Assembly (NCBI RefSeq): GCF_009914755.1
Contig: NC_060934.1
Source: the human T2T-CHM13v2.0 reference genome, Homo sapiens
Length of the DNA: 64,000 bases
Direction: 5' to 3' (one strand)
Shown: piece by piece, positions 38,346 through 53,471 of the stretch
How the letters are laid out: the number at the start of each line of letters is the position of its first letter
Numbering within the stretch: the first letter of the stretch is position 1
Notes under the pieces: generated by a model
Seen by the model: the letters and a program-made list of their open reading frames with translations, nothing else
The model's database searches: none
Told to the model about the DNA's origin: nothing
Made by a program: the position numbers and the translations under genes

Positions 38346-39250
38346 TGCTCAGTATGAGCTCAGTCATTGAAAAACTGGTTAACCCTTTTCTATGGTTGAT
38401 AGTGGTGAGAAAATTGGGACCAAGTGTTTGATTATTTCATAAAACAATACGACACAATAGATGGGTGGTATTTGCTAAATCTTCATTGGGATTGGTTGTC
38501 TTTGCCAAGCCAATCCAAATGAACATCCCCAGACAGGGATAGATAATGAAGATAAGTTGCAATCTTCTCTTACTTTCTCCCTATTTAACACCTCCTGGTT
38601 TAGTCCTTTCTTTCTATTTAGCTCTACAGAGCTAATGGAACTGTTATCCCACTTTTGGCAAAAGTTTAATAAGCTCTTTTTTCTAGTGCTGTTGGGATAC
38701 CAGGCTTATTTTGATTTTCCTTCATAATTATGTTAATGTGGAAAAAGTTATATAACATTGTATCCCATAAAAAACTCAATTAAAAATTTAAATATGTGTG
38801 TATATGTATATATACATATATTTATGTATATACATACGTTCTTGTTATAATGGTTGTCTAACTTATAAATTAAAATTTGGAGCAAATTTTAAATGTATGA
38901 ATAAGTAAAATTTATAAATTTGGGGACAGTTTAGAAGTTTGGGTTTTATTTTGCACCTGGATACCAAGTTGCAGCTAAAAATGCAAACCAAAATTTAAAT
39001 AAAAACCAGAAACCAAAATTTCAAAGCTATAGAAATTCATCTGAGGGACAATATGTAATTAAATCCATTGATGAAACAGAAATAGATCCTCTAGAGATGA
39101 GATGCACATCAGTGGGTACTTGAATGGTAACAAAAGACAACTGAATCTCCAACATAAATTCCAAAACATTAAAGCATGTTTGGAGCTCCTTTTAGGGAGA
39201 GCTGATGGGTTGTGAAGGATTCAACTAATAGATTAAAAAATACTAAATTT

Positions 39251-39552
39251 ATTTCTTTCTATTTTTTTTTTTTGATCCCAAGTCTCTCTTTGTCACCCAG
39301 ACTGGAGTGCAGTGCGTGATCTCGGCTCACTGTAACCTCCGCCTCCCAGGTTCAAGCGATTCTCCTGCTTCAGCCTCCTGAGTAGCTGGTACTATTGGCA
39401 CATACCACCACGCTCGGCTAATTTTTGTATTTTTAGTAGAAACGGGGTTTCACCATGTTGGTCAGGCTGGTCTTGATCTCCTGACCTTATGATTCGCCCC
39501 CCTCGGCCTCCCAAAGTGCTGGGATTACAGTCATGAGCCACAGCACCCAGCC
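39251..39552 (-). mobile_element. AluS (Sc/Sg-like)
   Basis: antisense dimer. TSD TTAAAAAATACTAAATT/TTAAAAATTCTAAATT. Confidence 0.95.
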
Positions 39553-39586
39553 TTAAAAATTCTAAATTAAAAAAAAAAAAAAAACT

Positions 39587-39912
<326 letters not shown>

Positions 39913-42900
39913 ATAACTTACTCTCTTCTGTTTTTTCTCTTAAAGTGCTTGCTTTGGGACCCTGACTTTCCCTTTTTCAGAACAACATATAAGTGTATTA
40001 ACTAAATACAAGGAGGTAGGTCTACTGATAGCCTTCAAAACATTCAATCCAAAAATTCTCAAATATTTTGTGCCTAGGTAAGTAAAAGTATACTACTTAA
40101 AAGGTGAGTTCCATTGTAACATTTTGAAGGCTTGGCGTTTCAATGATAAGTTTATCAACTAAACTTAATGATGCCATTCCCATTATAATAGGAGCCTGAA
40201 GGAGCTGTTAGATTAGCTTTTGCTTTCTACAGCAGATTGAAAGCCAGCTACTTGTGTTGACATGACATCTTAGTCCATACATATCAGCAACTAAGAAAGT
40301 GACACTGTATCTTATCAGTTTGTGCTCCCTGTGTGTTTGATAAGGGTAAACTAAAGGTGTTTGATTTAGGATGCTTTATGCACTTGTTTTTTCCTATATT
40401 CACTATTAAATGCTAGATAGGACTCTTCTTAACACTGCCTATCTCTGCCTATGTAAGGGGACATACTCTGTAAGTGAACATATGGATGTATGTATGTGTG
40501 TGTGTATTGCAAATCCATGGACACATATATAAAGACTTCTATAACTCACTTTATACTATAAGGACCTCAAAAATGTACATGTATGTTTACATACACAAAT
40601 GTACAACTAATGAATTTATGTAGTGCATATTTATGTATATATATAAAGTTATGTATTATATAAACATGCATATATACATATACATTTATCAATGAATTTT
40701 TATGTATTCTATGATTTACAGTTGCTATTAATCTATTTTTAGAAAACTATTTGGTCACAAATTCTACCAGGTTCTACTAGAAACAGTTTGAGAATAAAGC
40801 AATTGCTTCCAGTTTGTCAACATTTCAGAGCCGTATATTACCTGTAACTAAAAGTTCTCATATGTTTACTCAAGGAACATACTTGGTAGTGCTGGATTTT
40901 AGCTTGAGGGGTAAAAGGGGATAAGTGATACATCTTACTCCTAGTGAATACAGCCTCCTTAGCTTATTCTTTAGTGACAACTGTGGGAATATATTCTGTA
41001 CAGGGTAGACACCCATCAATCTGGCTCTACCGTAGCTCCTGGCATTGCTGATTTCAAGCTTCTTTTGCACTCACTGTAGGCCTGGTGTACTTATTTAAAG
41101 AAAGAGAAGAAGAAATACTCAATGTAACTAGGTGTTCTGTAGCATTCCAAGAATCTTTTTTTACTCATATTAGTATCAGAAAAAGAGAACATTTCTCTTG
41201 AGAATCTAGCTTGTCATTAGCTTGTGAACAATGTGAAGCCACAGATACTAAAAATTTTCACTTTATATTATTTGCGAGGATTCTCAAGAACTTATTTTAT
41301 GAAACATACCTAAGAATGTTATAAAACTTATGAATTCTAAGTTCTGATGCCATGTTTGGCTTTATATTATGTTTTATTTTTATCTTGATTCTACTATTCT
41401 ACTCATTTATTACTTTTTTTTTTTGGAAAGCTGACTTATTCTTCCTGCAAGTTGATGTGTAGATGAACTATATAACTACACAAATTAATCATAGGTAGAA
41501 TATAATCAAGTCATCTTGGACAATGTTGACCAGTATTGTATCTTTTTTCCCCTTTATTTTATGATTCATGCTAAAGACTGGTAACTTTTACATTCATACA
41601 CCTACTCTTGCATTATCCTGAATGCTGGCCATGTTCAATCACTTATTTCTTATTTTAGGTATGATCTATTGGTGAAAAAATATTTTCTAACTTGTTTTTA
41701 TTATAAAATTTGAAGTAAACTATCAGGTATTATAACCAATGTTTATATTGCTGCCATTAGCTAAGTAGTAAAAAAAGGTACTATGACACAATAACTACAC
41801 ACCATCATATACCCTCATCTTGAATAAGAAATTATTACTCTGCTGTGGCAGCCATATTATTTGATCAAAAGCCGTACACATGGTTTGCTTATATTTCTCT
41901 TGAGGAAGAAATTTGCTCAGCATACTTTCCAATAATTTTGCAGCTTCAACAGATAGTTAGAAATAAACCACTTAACTCCATAAAACCATAGCCATTTCAG
42001 AAAGGAAAATGAGGTCTCTCTCTGTCAATGATCCATGATTAAAATGACCATATATCTATGTTGCAAGTACAGTCCTGATTTACACCTGTTGTCCTGACAT
42101 CCAGTCTGGTTAAGCTTTGTCTTGGCTTTACTTCTTTAATAAGATATTTTTAATAATGGTTGCACTAAAATAAGCCAGAATGAATTTGACCTCCATTTTT
42201 CTACTCTGTTCTTGTTTAATAGTCTTTGAAATGTACACGCAGTCGATAGATTTCTGATGTTAACATGTGGTTAAATCAGAAAGATGACCAGCAATAACCT
42301 GGTGCTTTCCAGAAGCAGCATAACTAACGTTTTCTTTCAAGGACAGCAAGAAGGGCTTTGCTGATAAATAAAATGTGCTTGGGCTCTGAGACAGAAATGG
42401 CTAGGGACGGCTAACTCCTGCTCTCAGTGATGAGGAAGTATATGATGATGCTGCCCCTGCCTTGTACTCAGGCTACCAGCCAGTGAGCTTGTGTAATTCA
42501 GGCTACAATCTGGAAAATACACTAAGCATCCAGGCTGCTAATCAGTGAATCAGTGGGAAAGTGGGAAAGGTAAGCTAGGTTTAGAAATATGGGGATAGGA
42601 AGTAGACTTGAGCTACAGAAAGCAATATTTTATGGAGTTTTCTTTGTTTTGTAATTCTTTTTTGTTTGCTTGTTTAACAATAAACCAGTCTGAATCAATG
42701 AGCTACAAAACTGAAAGTACATGTCTAATGAAAAATTATGGAATGGGTTGTAGTTTCTCAAAAAGTTGATGATAAACACACAATCTGAACAAAATGCTTG
42801 TTGGCATTCACTACTCACCTTGGGGACAATATTGATTTTACCAATACATGAAAACCAGAAGACACAAATCTGCTAAAGACACCTCTTTGTCTGCTTCTAA

Positions 42901-44774
42901 GGTAAGTAGGTTTTTAAAGAAGATGAAACCTGAAGATTACACTTTCACACTTGTAGATGAATAACGTGACTTTATGCCTCATTTTAAGAAGCATGACCTA
43001 TTTAAAAAAAAATAAACACTTTTCTCTCATTTTAGATTACAAGGGTTTTTTTTTTTTTTTGTACATTTGTTGATATTAATCTGCCAGCTCTTAAGGTGTT
43101 GACTTCATCACCAGATGTGTATCTGTCACTGGAAACTTCAAAATAAAATTATTTACTCCAATAAAAATTGGCTTTTCAAATTCAATTTATAAAATATAAA
43201 AAATGCAATCTTTCCATCAAACTTGAAGCATCTTATATCATTGTCAATACTACTGTCAGTTCAGATTAGAAGTCCCAATAAAGTAAAATTACTTGACTCT
43301 ATGATTCAAATGCAAACATAAATTTTAATGGAGCATTGTGTTGGGTTAAGAATCATGGTGTCATAAAATTAAGAAAACTAGAACACAGAAATGTGCTTGA
43401 ATTTGCTTCATATACACATGTAATTTAAAATTGATTGCAATCAAGCCTCAATATTCTATTAATCCAAGTTTAAATTACAGTTCTCAAAATGTACAAATGT
43501 TTTTATAAGTATACAGAGAAGCACTGAACTATAAAATGTTTTTAAGAAACCTTATGTTGAATAGAGAAAATACTTCAACATGACAACACTGAATTACTGC
43601 CTGTTATTAATTGTACTTAAAAAATGTTTGAGCCTTTAAAATAGTCTTTTGTAAATCCAACTGAATGATTTACAATTCCATTTAACTTTGCTTAGATGGG
43701 TTTTAAAATTTTTATTTGCATTTTGTTATCATTCTGGAAATCTTAAACCAAATTTTTCAATGAATGGCGAACCAAAAAACTTTAGCTTTGAAACGTTTAT
43801 CAAATTGTAATAACTTAAAAAGTGCTTGCAAACAAGATATTGACGTTTATCTGTATAAAAGCAGGACAAAAATGCAATAAAACAGCGGAGCTCAAGTGAT
43901 GCACACATTACAATTTTTGAAACGCTATACTTGTTTCTTGGGTAGTGCAACCTGTGAAAGAATTTTTGGTGAGGTCCAGTTTTTAATGGGGTAAATTTAT
44001 ATTCTATCCCAGTATGAAAATACATTTCAAAACTATAAAATTTTGTAACAGTTAAATGCTGTTAAATATTCAAAAATCATGGCAACAGAAAACATATTTG
44101 AGAATTTTTTCTGTGAAAATGTGTGCCAAAGTAGGTATTCAGTATTGAGGCATGAAAAAAGTACTTGTAACAGCGTTTGGGCTTAAATATTTACAAATTT
44201 TAATGTAAAGAAATAGAATTAAAAATATACTCCAGTTAGTAGAATTTTCTCTCAACTTATGAGATACTTCAGCACTGACAGAGTATTTTCTTAATTCACA
44301 GAGAAAATCAATTCAGCATGCAAAAACTTTTAATATTATTAACCTTAAAATAAAATTTAAAGAAAGTTGCAGGTAATTATAAGAAAAACCTGAAAATAAA
44401 TCCGTATTAAAAAACACATATTCTTTAAAAATTAAAATAAGACCAGTGATATTGAATTTTAGAGAGATACAGCTAGAAAACAAATTACTGTCTATAAATG
44501 TTATTTTTCATATTCACATATTTAATAACAATACAAATATTCTTTTCTCTAATATAGAGATAAATAATATTTTTAATTTTTAGGAAAAGTAATTTTGAAA
44601 ATAATTTTTGAAACAAAATATTTCTAAATCTTCTAATATAATTAATTTGTCAGCTAAGTAAGTATTTAAAAATATACAATTTTAATTGTTTTTAGCACTC
44701 CTTTTAACTCTCAAAAATTTCTCAGTTGATAATTGTATGGTTATTCCATTTCTCACATATTATATTGGAAAGCA

Positions 44775-44905
44775 ACTATACTGACATCCTAATACAAATT
44801 ATCTCTTTACAGATGAGAATCTACAGTGGAAAATGATTATGTAATAAATTCAATGCTCTAAACCAGTTAAAAGAGCCAAGGCAAAATTGCACTCCCTTCA
44901 TTTCA
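44775..44905 (-). mobile_element. MIR fragment
   Basis: TTTACAGATGAGAA core. Confidence 0.5.
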
Positions 44906-45789
44906 AGTTCGGGATTCGTTTTTGTTTGTTTCTCCGTTTCTGTTTTAGTTATACAGCTTAGGTTATAAGACAGTTCGTTCTCACCGTAGGTAAGCGAATA
45001 TAATTCTCACTCCGCAAAAAGAGCTATGAAGGAACAATCACTTACAAATTTTTTTTTCAGACAAATAAAATAAATATTGAGTCCCTCTTCCATCGGACTG
45101 GCAGAAAAGTACATATCTGTCACTATTGGTGTTCCCTCTCCATTCCTATTTTTGAGCTTTTCAAAGCAAGACCATTTGAGAAAGCATCCCATGGTTCCAC
45201 GTTGTTTCATATAGGTTCCTCTTGAGATGCTCACAAACTAAGTCTGTATAATTAAGGGTTCTGTGGCACTCAAGACACCTGAAGAATGAAAATAGTTCTA
45301 TTTATTTTCCATCTGCTTTAGCATTTTTGAAGGCATAAATCTAGTTCCGTATCTTGGAAAATCTGTGTTCCTCAAATCTATCTTGACACTTGGGGAAAAC
45401 TCTCCTCCTTTCTCTATTCCTGTCTATATCCTTTAAAGGCCTTGACATTTCCCTTCTTCCTTTCTGGCACATCAAGCATCATTTCTTCAGCTTGGATATT
45501 CACAATGGCAGGAAGAGGAATTGTGTTTAGTTTCTTCTGGTAACCTTACAATTTGCCCAGAGGCTAAGGGACACATATGGTCTGGAAACTGTAGCAACTT
45601 TATTAGAAGAAGTGGAGGAGAAGCAGTGATATCAATAAATTATCGTATCAAAACTTTCCATGGCTTCCTTTATTATTTTATTTAGGGCTGCCATGGTTCT
45701 CTTTATCTGTTGCTTACTGAGGAGAACATGCTATTTTCTGCTGATTAGGCTCACATAATAGAATGGATAATACAATTGTTTAGTAGGTG

Positions 45790-45960
45790 GTAAGATTTAG
45801 TGGAAAGAACACAAGGTATAAAATCATATGTGCTATGTTTGCATTCCAGTTTACGCATCTATTAGCTGTGTTAGCTTTAAAATAATACTTAAATGAGTCA
45901 TAATTCTTCATTTGTGGAATAGTGAAAACAATTCCAGAATTATGGTGATTTTGTGAGAAC
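45790..45960 (+). mobile_element. MIR
   Basis: TAGTGGAAAGAACAC...TATTAGCTGTG...TTCTTCATTTGTGGAATAG. Confidence 0.7.
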
Positions 45961-48900
45961 TTGGTAGGCATCCAGTATTTCCTATCTTTCCTGTATTTCT
46001 TTCCATCTACTTCAAATTTGAGGTAGTTAATAGCATGGACTCAGTATAACTGATTAGAGCAAAATGTGATTGTAGTTTGTTGTTGCTTTGTTATTATTAT
46101 TATAATTCTGCTCCATATATCTTCCAGTGCTGAACTTCCGAATTCAAACCAAACAAAATATAGTAAAACCTGAGACCATGCTTAGTTAACAAAAAGTTAA
46201 AAACTAAAAGTCTTACTGTCCTATGTAATAATGCCTGAAGCATGGCTTAAGCCAAGTTTAAAAGATGTGAACCTTATCTCCTAAGATTCAATAAATGTAT
46301 TTCGTTTTGTTAGTGAAAAATTTCCTTCAGGTTTAGGTCAGAATTTCTCTAAAATAAAATAGCAACATATCTATACTTTGTCACTATTCTCAGTAAACCA
46401 TTAGAGCTGCATTATGGCAATCTTGTAAAATTTATGCCCTTCTTAAAATTCCTTTCACATTTATTTTAAGACTACAAAGTCAAGGATGTCTGCTCACACT
46501 GGGACTTCCCAGATCTATATTACTAACCAGAGGGATAGGAGAAACTCTACTGTTTTCTTAATTGGGCTCCTTCCAGGTTTCCCACTCACTTATATTTCTT
46601 TGCCTCTATTTCCAAAGTGAAAACAGTTCTACCTCATTCCATTTTCTCTATTCCAGGTATAGGTTCACTCCTCCCAGGTTTAATAGTCTTATTCCGAGCA
46701 CTGCAACTTTTTCATTCCTTCCTCTTGAAGTGTCAGCTTTTGTTTAACCCATTGGTGATGCTTCAATAACATTACCCAGAAGTGGCAACGCAAAGAGAAA
46801 AATGGAACAGATGCTGTGTGCATTATCACCAGAGAGCACAGAGGAGAACTGACTGTAGTTGATAACTCTTGATGGGGTAATTGAGCTATCTGTGGTGGAT
46901 CCTCCGGAATTTATTATTTTCTTAACCACAGAAAAGTGGTATTTACTCTCAGCCTTGAGCATTTGAATGGTTGAATTGTTATCCTGAGATTATGTCCAGA
47001 GTTGCTAACAATTGGACCTCTGATTATAGACCTTCCTTTAAAACACATACACAGGCCTGCGATGAAGATTTAATCTGAAATGACTCAGAGGGTGAACTTC
47101 CTTTTCTGAAAAAATGTTTCAGTAGCAGCTGTGTTTTCTGGCATCAATCCTACCAAAATGCTGACCTAGCTTGACCCTGGAAGTCCCTTTTAGAAACATA
47201 GTTTTGGAGATATCTTTCTTAATAGCAAATTTACTTTGTTAGGGTCCAGTAAGCTATCTCCATATACTAGTAAAGCCTCATTGTTTTGATTCATTCTACT
47301 TTCTAAATTTTAGTAATTTAATGACAAGGATTAAAATTATCTAAAAGTTGTAATAGGTAAAAAATTCAAAAAGGGAAAGTGTAATTATGACCAAGATTGA
47401 TGTTTAGTTTATATACACTAGGATGACTGTATTGATTGTGAAGATGCTAAAGTGTTTTATATTTTTGGTCATATTCTCAAATGTTCAGAGTTTCTCTCAC
47501 TCTATCCATTGCCCTGGCTCTCCTGGAAATTAATGTTGAATCCCTGAGCCTCCACACAGGGGTTTTATAGAATCCTGTTCCAGTTATGTCTGCTGTTGGT
47601 TTTTATTGGTGGTTTTCCTGCTAGGAAAAGTCCACCTTTCAGGTACCACAGCTGGCTCTTACACACCTTTGTCCCATGTGTGTGAGTCAGTCAGCTTACC
47701 ATGGCTCTTTAACACCTGTTCTCATTAATCTCCATAGTCAGAGTAAGCCCAGATACAAGAAAAGGAAATGTCTTTCATGATGATAATGCCATCACATCAG
47801 AGAGAAAATTCTCAGTTTCCTTTTGCGTGCCCACAGACAATGGCCCTATGTTATTAGACAGATTCATTTGCAGTCACTGTCATTACCACTAATCAAACTG
47901 CAGCATACACAGGACTTGCCTTAAGGAAGACTGAGAATGAAGTCATAGACAGTACAGTAATGAAGAACAAATTGAGCATTAATCAGGTACAGTGGACTCT
48001 TATAAAGAGGGTTTATAAGCAACAGCAAAAGGATGTGAGTAGCGAACAGGGATTTTGGGGTTGTGGGGGGCAGGAAAATACCAATGGTTTGAGTATCTCT
48101 TTCTACTGTGAGAGTTGAATTTTATTGTTATTTAGTGGGACAGTTTATTAAAACCAGTGGAATTCCTGCACATTGTGGGCATTGAAACAGCTTAATTATT
48201 AAATGTGAATGATAATGCTTATATACTGTTCAATCTATGTTGCACACAATTCTAATAAATATTTAGCCCTATTAATTCTATAATTTTCACTATGATCCTC
48301 ATTATACTGATAATAAACTTAGGTCCAAATATGATATTTAAAATCTAACTGACAGTATTGCTTTAATTGCTTCCTATTCATCCTTTTAGTGAGGAAGTGA
48401 TCCCTACCTTAGGGTTGTGGGTATGGTCAAACAGTCCATTGAAAATAGATAGATGAGATTGATAGCAGCTTATTAGTCACATATATCCATAGGGGTTTCA
48501 ATCAGGAACACAGTTGTAAAACAGAGCTTTGGGAGGCAAATTTGTAGTATCAACACAATAAAGTGCATCCTGGTTTATACAGAAGAATGTAATTGACTTG
48601 TATGAATAAATCTCTAGGTTGGCAAAAAACTAGAACTATTGCTCAGGTATAAGTGGGAACTATGGTGTTTTGCTAGAAAACCGGAGCATGAATATAGAGT
48701 CGGGGTTTTATGGTTAGGCCATTCATGGCCCTGCGGATTTCACTAAATGTTGAGGCAGCACATAATATTGGGCCTTAATTTTAAGCCTTACATCGCACAT
48801 CACATGGTGCATATTTCAGGCAGTCCCATAAACATTTGTGATAGAATGTGATAATGTTGATGATAGAGACGTGGAACTAACAAAATCATGGTCAATGTTG

Positions 48901-49269
48901 TAAGGGCTAGAAAAGTTTTAATGCAATTGCTGCTAGTTCTGCTGAAGTTGAGAAAAGATAGATTATGATGAATAATATTGTTGATATTAACAGAATTCTA
49001 TATTTTTTAAATTAAAGTCATACAATGAATATTAATTTAATGACGGTCTTTTAAAAAGCTTAGTGTAGTTCCATATACCAAAGCATAGCTCAAACAGGAT
49101 ATTATCAGGATAGCGATAGCCATGTCCAAATACATCACACAAATAATTGATAAAAATTAACAATAATTGAGAAATTGTCGTACTGATTTCATGGATGGTT
49201 TACATTAAAATACATAATTTATAAGGCATGTAGCCTATTTTAAGTTATGAGGAGTTTAGGCCAACGACC

Positions 49270-50181
<912 letters not shown>

Positions 50182-51841
50182 AATAAGATATAATTTTCAA
50201 TATTTCAATTATATTAACTATTAATATCTTAAATACAACTTTTCATTATATTCATGTAAAAAGTTTATTCTTTGCAGTATTTTTCTAAATTTCTATCATA
50301 TGATATATAATTTATAATTAAAAATAAAATGTATATATATAAATAACAATATTATTTGAATATTTAATCTTTTACCAGAACAAAAGAATAATCTGAACTC
50401 TCTATCAATTCACAACCACTATTCTTTTGATATTTATTTCATCAGAGCAGGTTTGATAGACATTGATAAAAGCATAGCTGCATTTTGTTAAAAATTATTC
50501 CTAAGCCTATGGCATTAGAAATTGAATTTTTTTTATTATAAGGTTTGATTATAATCTCAGTATTTGTTTCTGTTTTGCTTTGCTGGTTATTGATTAAAAA
50601 TTTTTTTCATGATGATGAAAAGCCACTATCTGCCTGTTCACATGACATAGATATCTAGAATACGCCTTTTTTAAACCTCTATATTATATTCTGAAGTATC
50701 CCTATATTTTTTATTTTGTATGAAATAAATTCTTGGATTTACTGGTCTTTGTGCGTGATGTAGCACCCCTGACATGACATGAATTTCAGAGGTGGAGGTT
50801 GAAGTATTCAGCCATAAAATCTTGTTTTTCTCCTTTCCAGTTCTGAGAAAGACAAAATGGTGCATGGCTTTCTGTGATATTTACCACCAGTGAAAAGGGT
50901 TAAGTTTAAAAATTCACTGGTTGAGCATCTGTTCATTTTCTCCATGTTAGTTTTGCCTAAAATCAGTTTTTTGTTACCAGCTAAGAGATATTCTTGATCA
51001 AAAAAATTGTCATAGTTCCAACAGCAAAATTGCTGCTCAGATAGAGCTGACAGAAGATTAGGGTTTCACCATTAAATTTGTAAATTTAATTAACATATAA
51101 ACTACTTAAGCAAATTGGATGTAAGTTCACATTCCTCTCTTTGAATCAGGAAATTTCTATGGCCTCATTATGTGGCATGATTCTTCTACAATTCTAACAT
51201 AGAAGCAGCATTACAAGAGGCTGGGAGCTGGATTTTCTTCTCTTTGTGCTTCAGCCGGTAAAATTATGGCTATTACTGAAATATTTTTGCATAGTTTCTC
51301 ATTTCCTCAGGATTTAAGTGCTATTTTTTTCAATTTTTTTTTTTACAAATAGAGCCTTATTAAGCAATTCAGACTTGATAGATTCTAATGAGGGCAGGGA
51401 TGTTATTACTGTCCTTATTAATGTTTTGAATCTGATTTGGACTGAACTGCAATGTACGCTTACTAAATTAATGATTTCAATTTAGTAAGAATTGACCAAG
51501 TTCTGAGGTCAGTCGGTAAAGTAGTCAGCGATTCATTAAAATGATGCTTATTATTAGGACAGCCAAGCATGGAGAAGGCAAAAGAGACAAGAATGAACGT
51601 CAGTGGCTTGCTGCCACATGGCAGGCTCCAGTTCAATTGTTTATACTTTTTTTAAACTAAAAAAAAACAATGTAATGGTAACAGAAAATTTTAATGGATT
51701 TAACTTGAAACCCCTGACAAACCTTAAGAGTTAATCCACGCTGAGTTGATGGCTTTTTTTTAAGTAACATTCATATCAAGCTGATGATCATTTTGGTTTA
51801 GCTTGCAGATACAGTACCAAGCCCTTATTTTACTCCTCAGC

Positions 51842-51889
51842 AAAAAAAAAAAAAAAAAGAAAAAAAAGAAAAAGAAAAAGAAAAAAAAA
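51842..51889 (+). repeat. A-rich tract (A17 then (GA5-9)n)
   Basis: direct reading. Confidence 0.9.
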
Positions 51890-53471
51890 GGTGCATTTCA
51901 TCAGCTTGAGTGCAATTTTATCTTGCCTACACCGAACTACATTCACCTGGGGCAAAACCCATTCAATAATTGACTGTGTGTTTGCTAGAGCTGCTGACAT
52001 GCACAAGTAGCCACTAATTGTTTGGTCTCCGACCAGTTCCTTGTCTTCAGGCACTGAGAATACAAGGTTGCCCTGTATTAGCCTCCTATGTACTCTGACA
52101 CTTCAACCTCTGGCAAACAGAAAGTGAGAAAATGTAAGCCTGTGTCCGCATTTTTAAAATATTGATAAAACTCCATTAAGTCCTCATGCAAGAGCACTGG
52201 GGTAGACAGCCACATTATAAAGAATAAATCAATTAAGAAAAATCAAGTGTTCTTCTCCTGCTTCTGTGTGACATCCACAATATCCACAACAGATATTACA
52301 GCATCTGGCAACCAGCAGAACATGAAGATATCAGAATGAGTGCGAACTTGCCAACTCAACCCATTTTAATGGCTATCTCAGGGTTCTTACTGCTTTTAAA
52401 GAGGTCTCTAAAGTGAAGATATCTCCTGCATTGACCTAAAACAATTACCTCGCTTTAAAATTTTATTACCACTAAATAGAGAAGCACAAAGACTAGCAAT
52501 GAGAACAATATTGAGATTATTTTATTTTTTACATCAGCTTAAATTATTTTGTTGTTCCAAACTATATCTGAAACCTTTTTCAAATAATTTACCTTTTGGT
52601 TGCAGCGGAAAGAAATATTTTCAAACATAGCAAAAAGAAGGAAAGAGGAAGGCAGAGGAGGAGGAAGAAGAAAGGAGCTACTACTCTGATTGTAGTAAAT
52701 GCACCCTGAAGGTTAAATATCTGATAAATCAGCATCTACAATTCCCAAGTATCCATGGGAACAAAGAGACTAGGGCGTGAATAGATGCCAACAGCATGTA
52801 ACTCTTACGTCTTTAGTGTATTACTTATCTATGAGGTGCCAGATTCCATAATATTTATGACAGTAGATTTACTTAATAGTTATTATTGGTTTAGTTAAAG
52901 TTTAAAATAAATCTTTCATCCCAATCCCATAATCAAAAGCTATGAATGGATTGGTCCAAGCTCATACTGAAAATCATATAGCACAATCAGCTGGAATTAA
53001 ACAATGTTCTAGTAGTCATCAACAGAATTAATAATTTGCAAATAAATTATCTGGCATCATTGAATTATTTACATATCAATCAAATGTATAGCATTTCTTT
53101 AAATCATTTAAAAATCTTCCTTTCCTTCACATATATTGATTTTAAAACAATAAAATTCAAAAATATCTGGAAGTTACTTTAAAATGTTTTAAAGTAAGAT
53201 GTATTATACTTCAATTTCCTATTTTATACAATACTGGTAAGAGAAAAGTTGGGTGGCTATTTGACTTTAGAGATCAAAAGTCTTTAAAATATACATTAAT
53301 TTCACCCCAAAATTCTACTTTAAGAAATAAATACTAAGGACCTAAATGGGAAAAGATGTGCATAAAAACATGCCCATCAGGGGAATGTTTGAAATAGCAG
53401 AAAGCTGGGAACAATTCAGGTGCACATGATAGTAAATTGTTAAAGAAATTATAGTATCTTCCCATACAGAT

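Noticed and set aside
40075-40109. Isolated consensus splice donors (also ~55917, ~62030)
   Set aside because: No convincing paired acceptor, and such matches are expected by chance at this window size.
43700-44150. Scattered CpGs with TATAAAAG and the 98-aa minus ORF at 43729-44025
   Set aside because: Far below CpG-island density, no recognisable peptide, and TATA-like words are common in AT-rich DNA.
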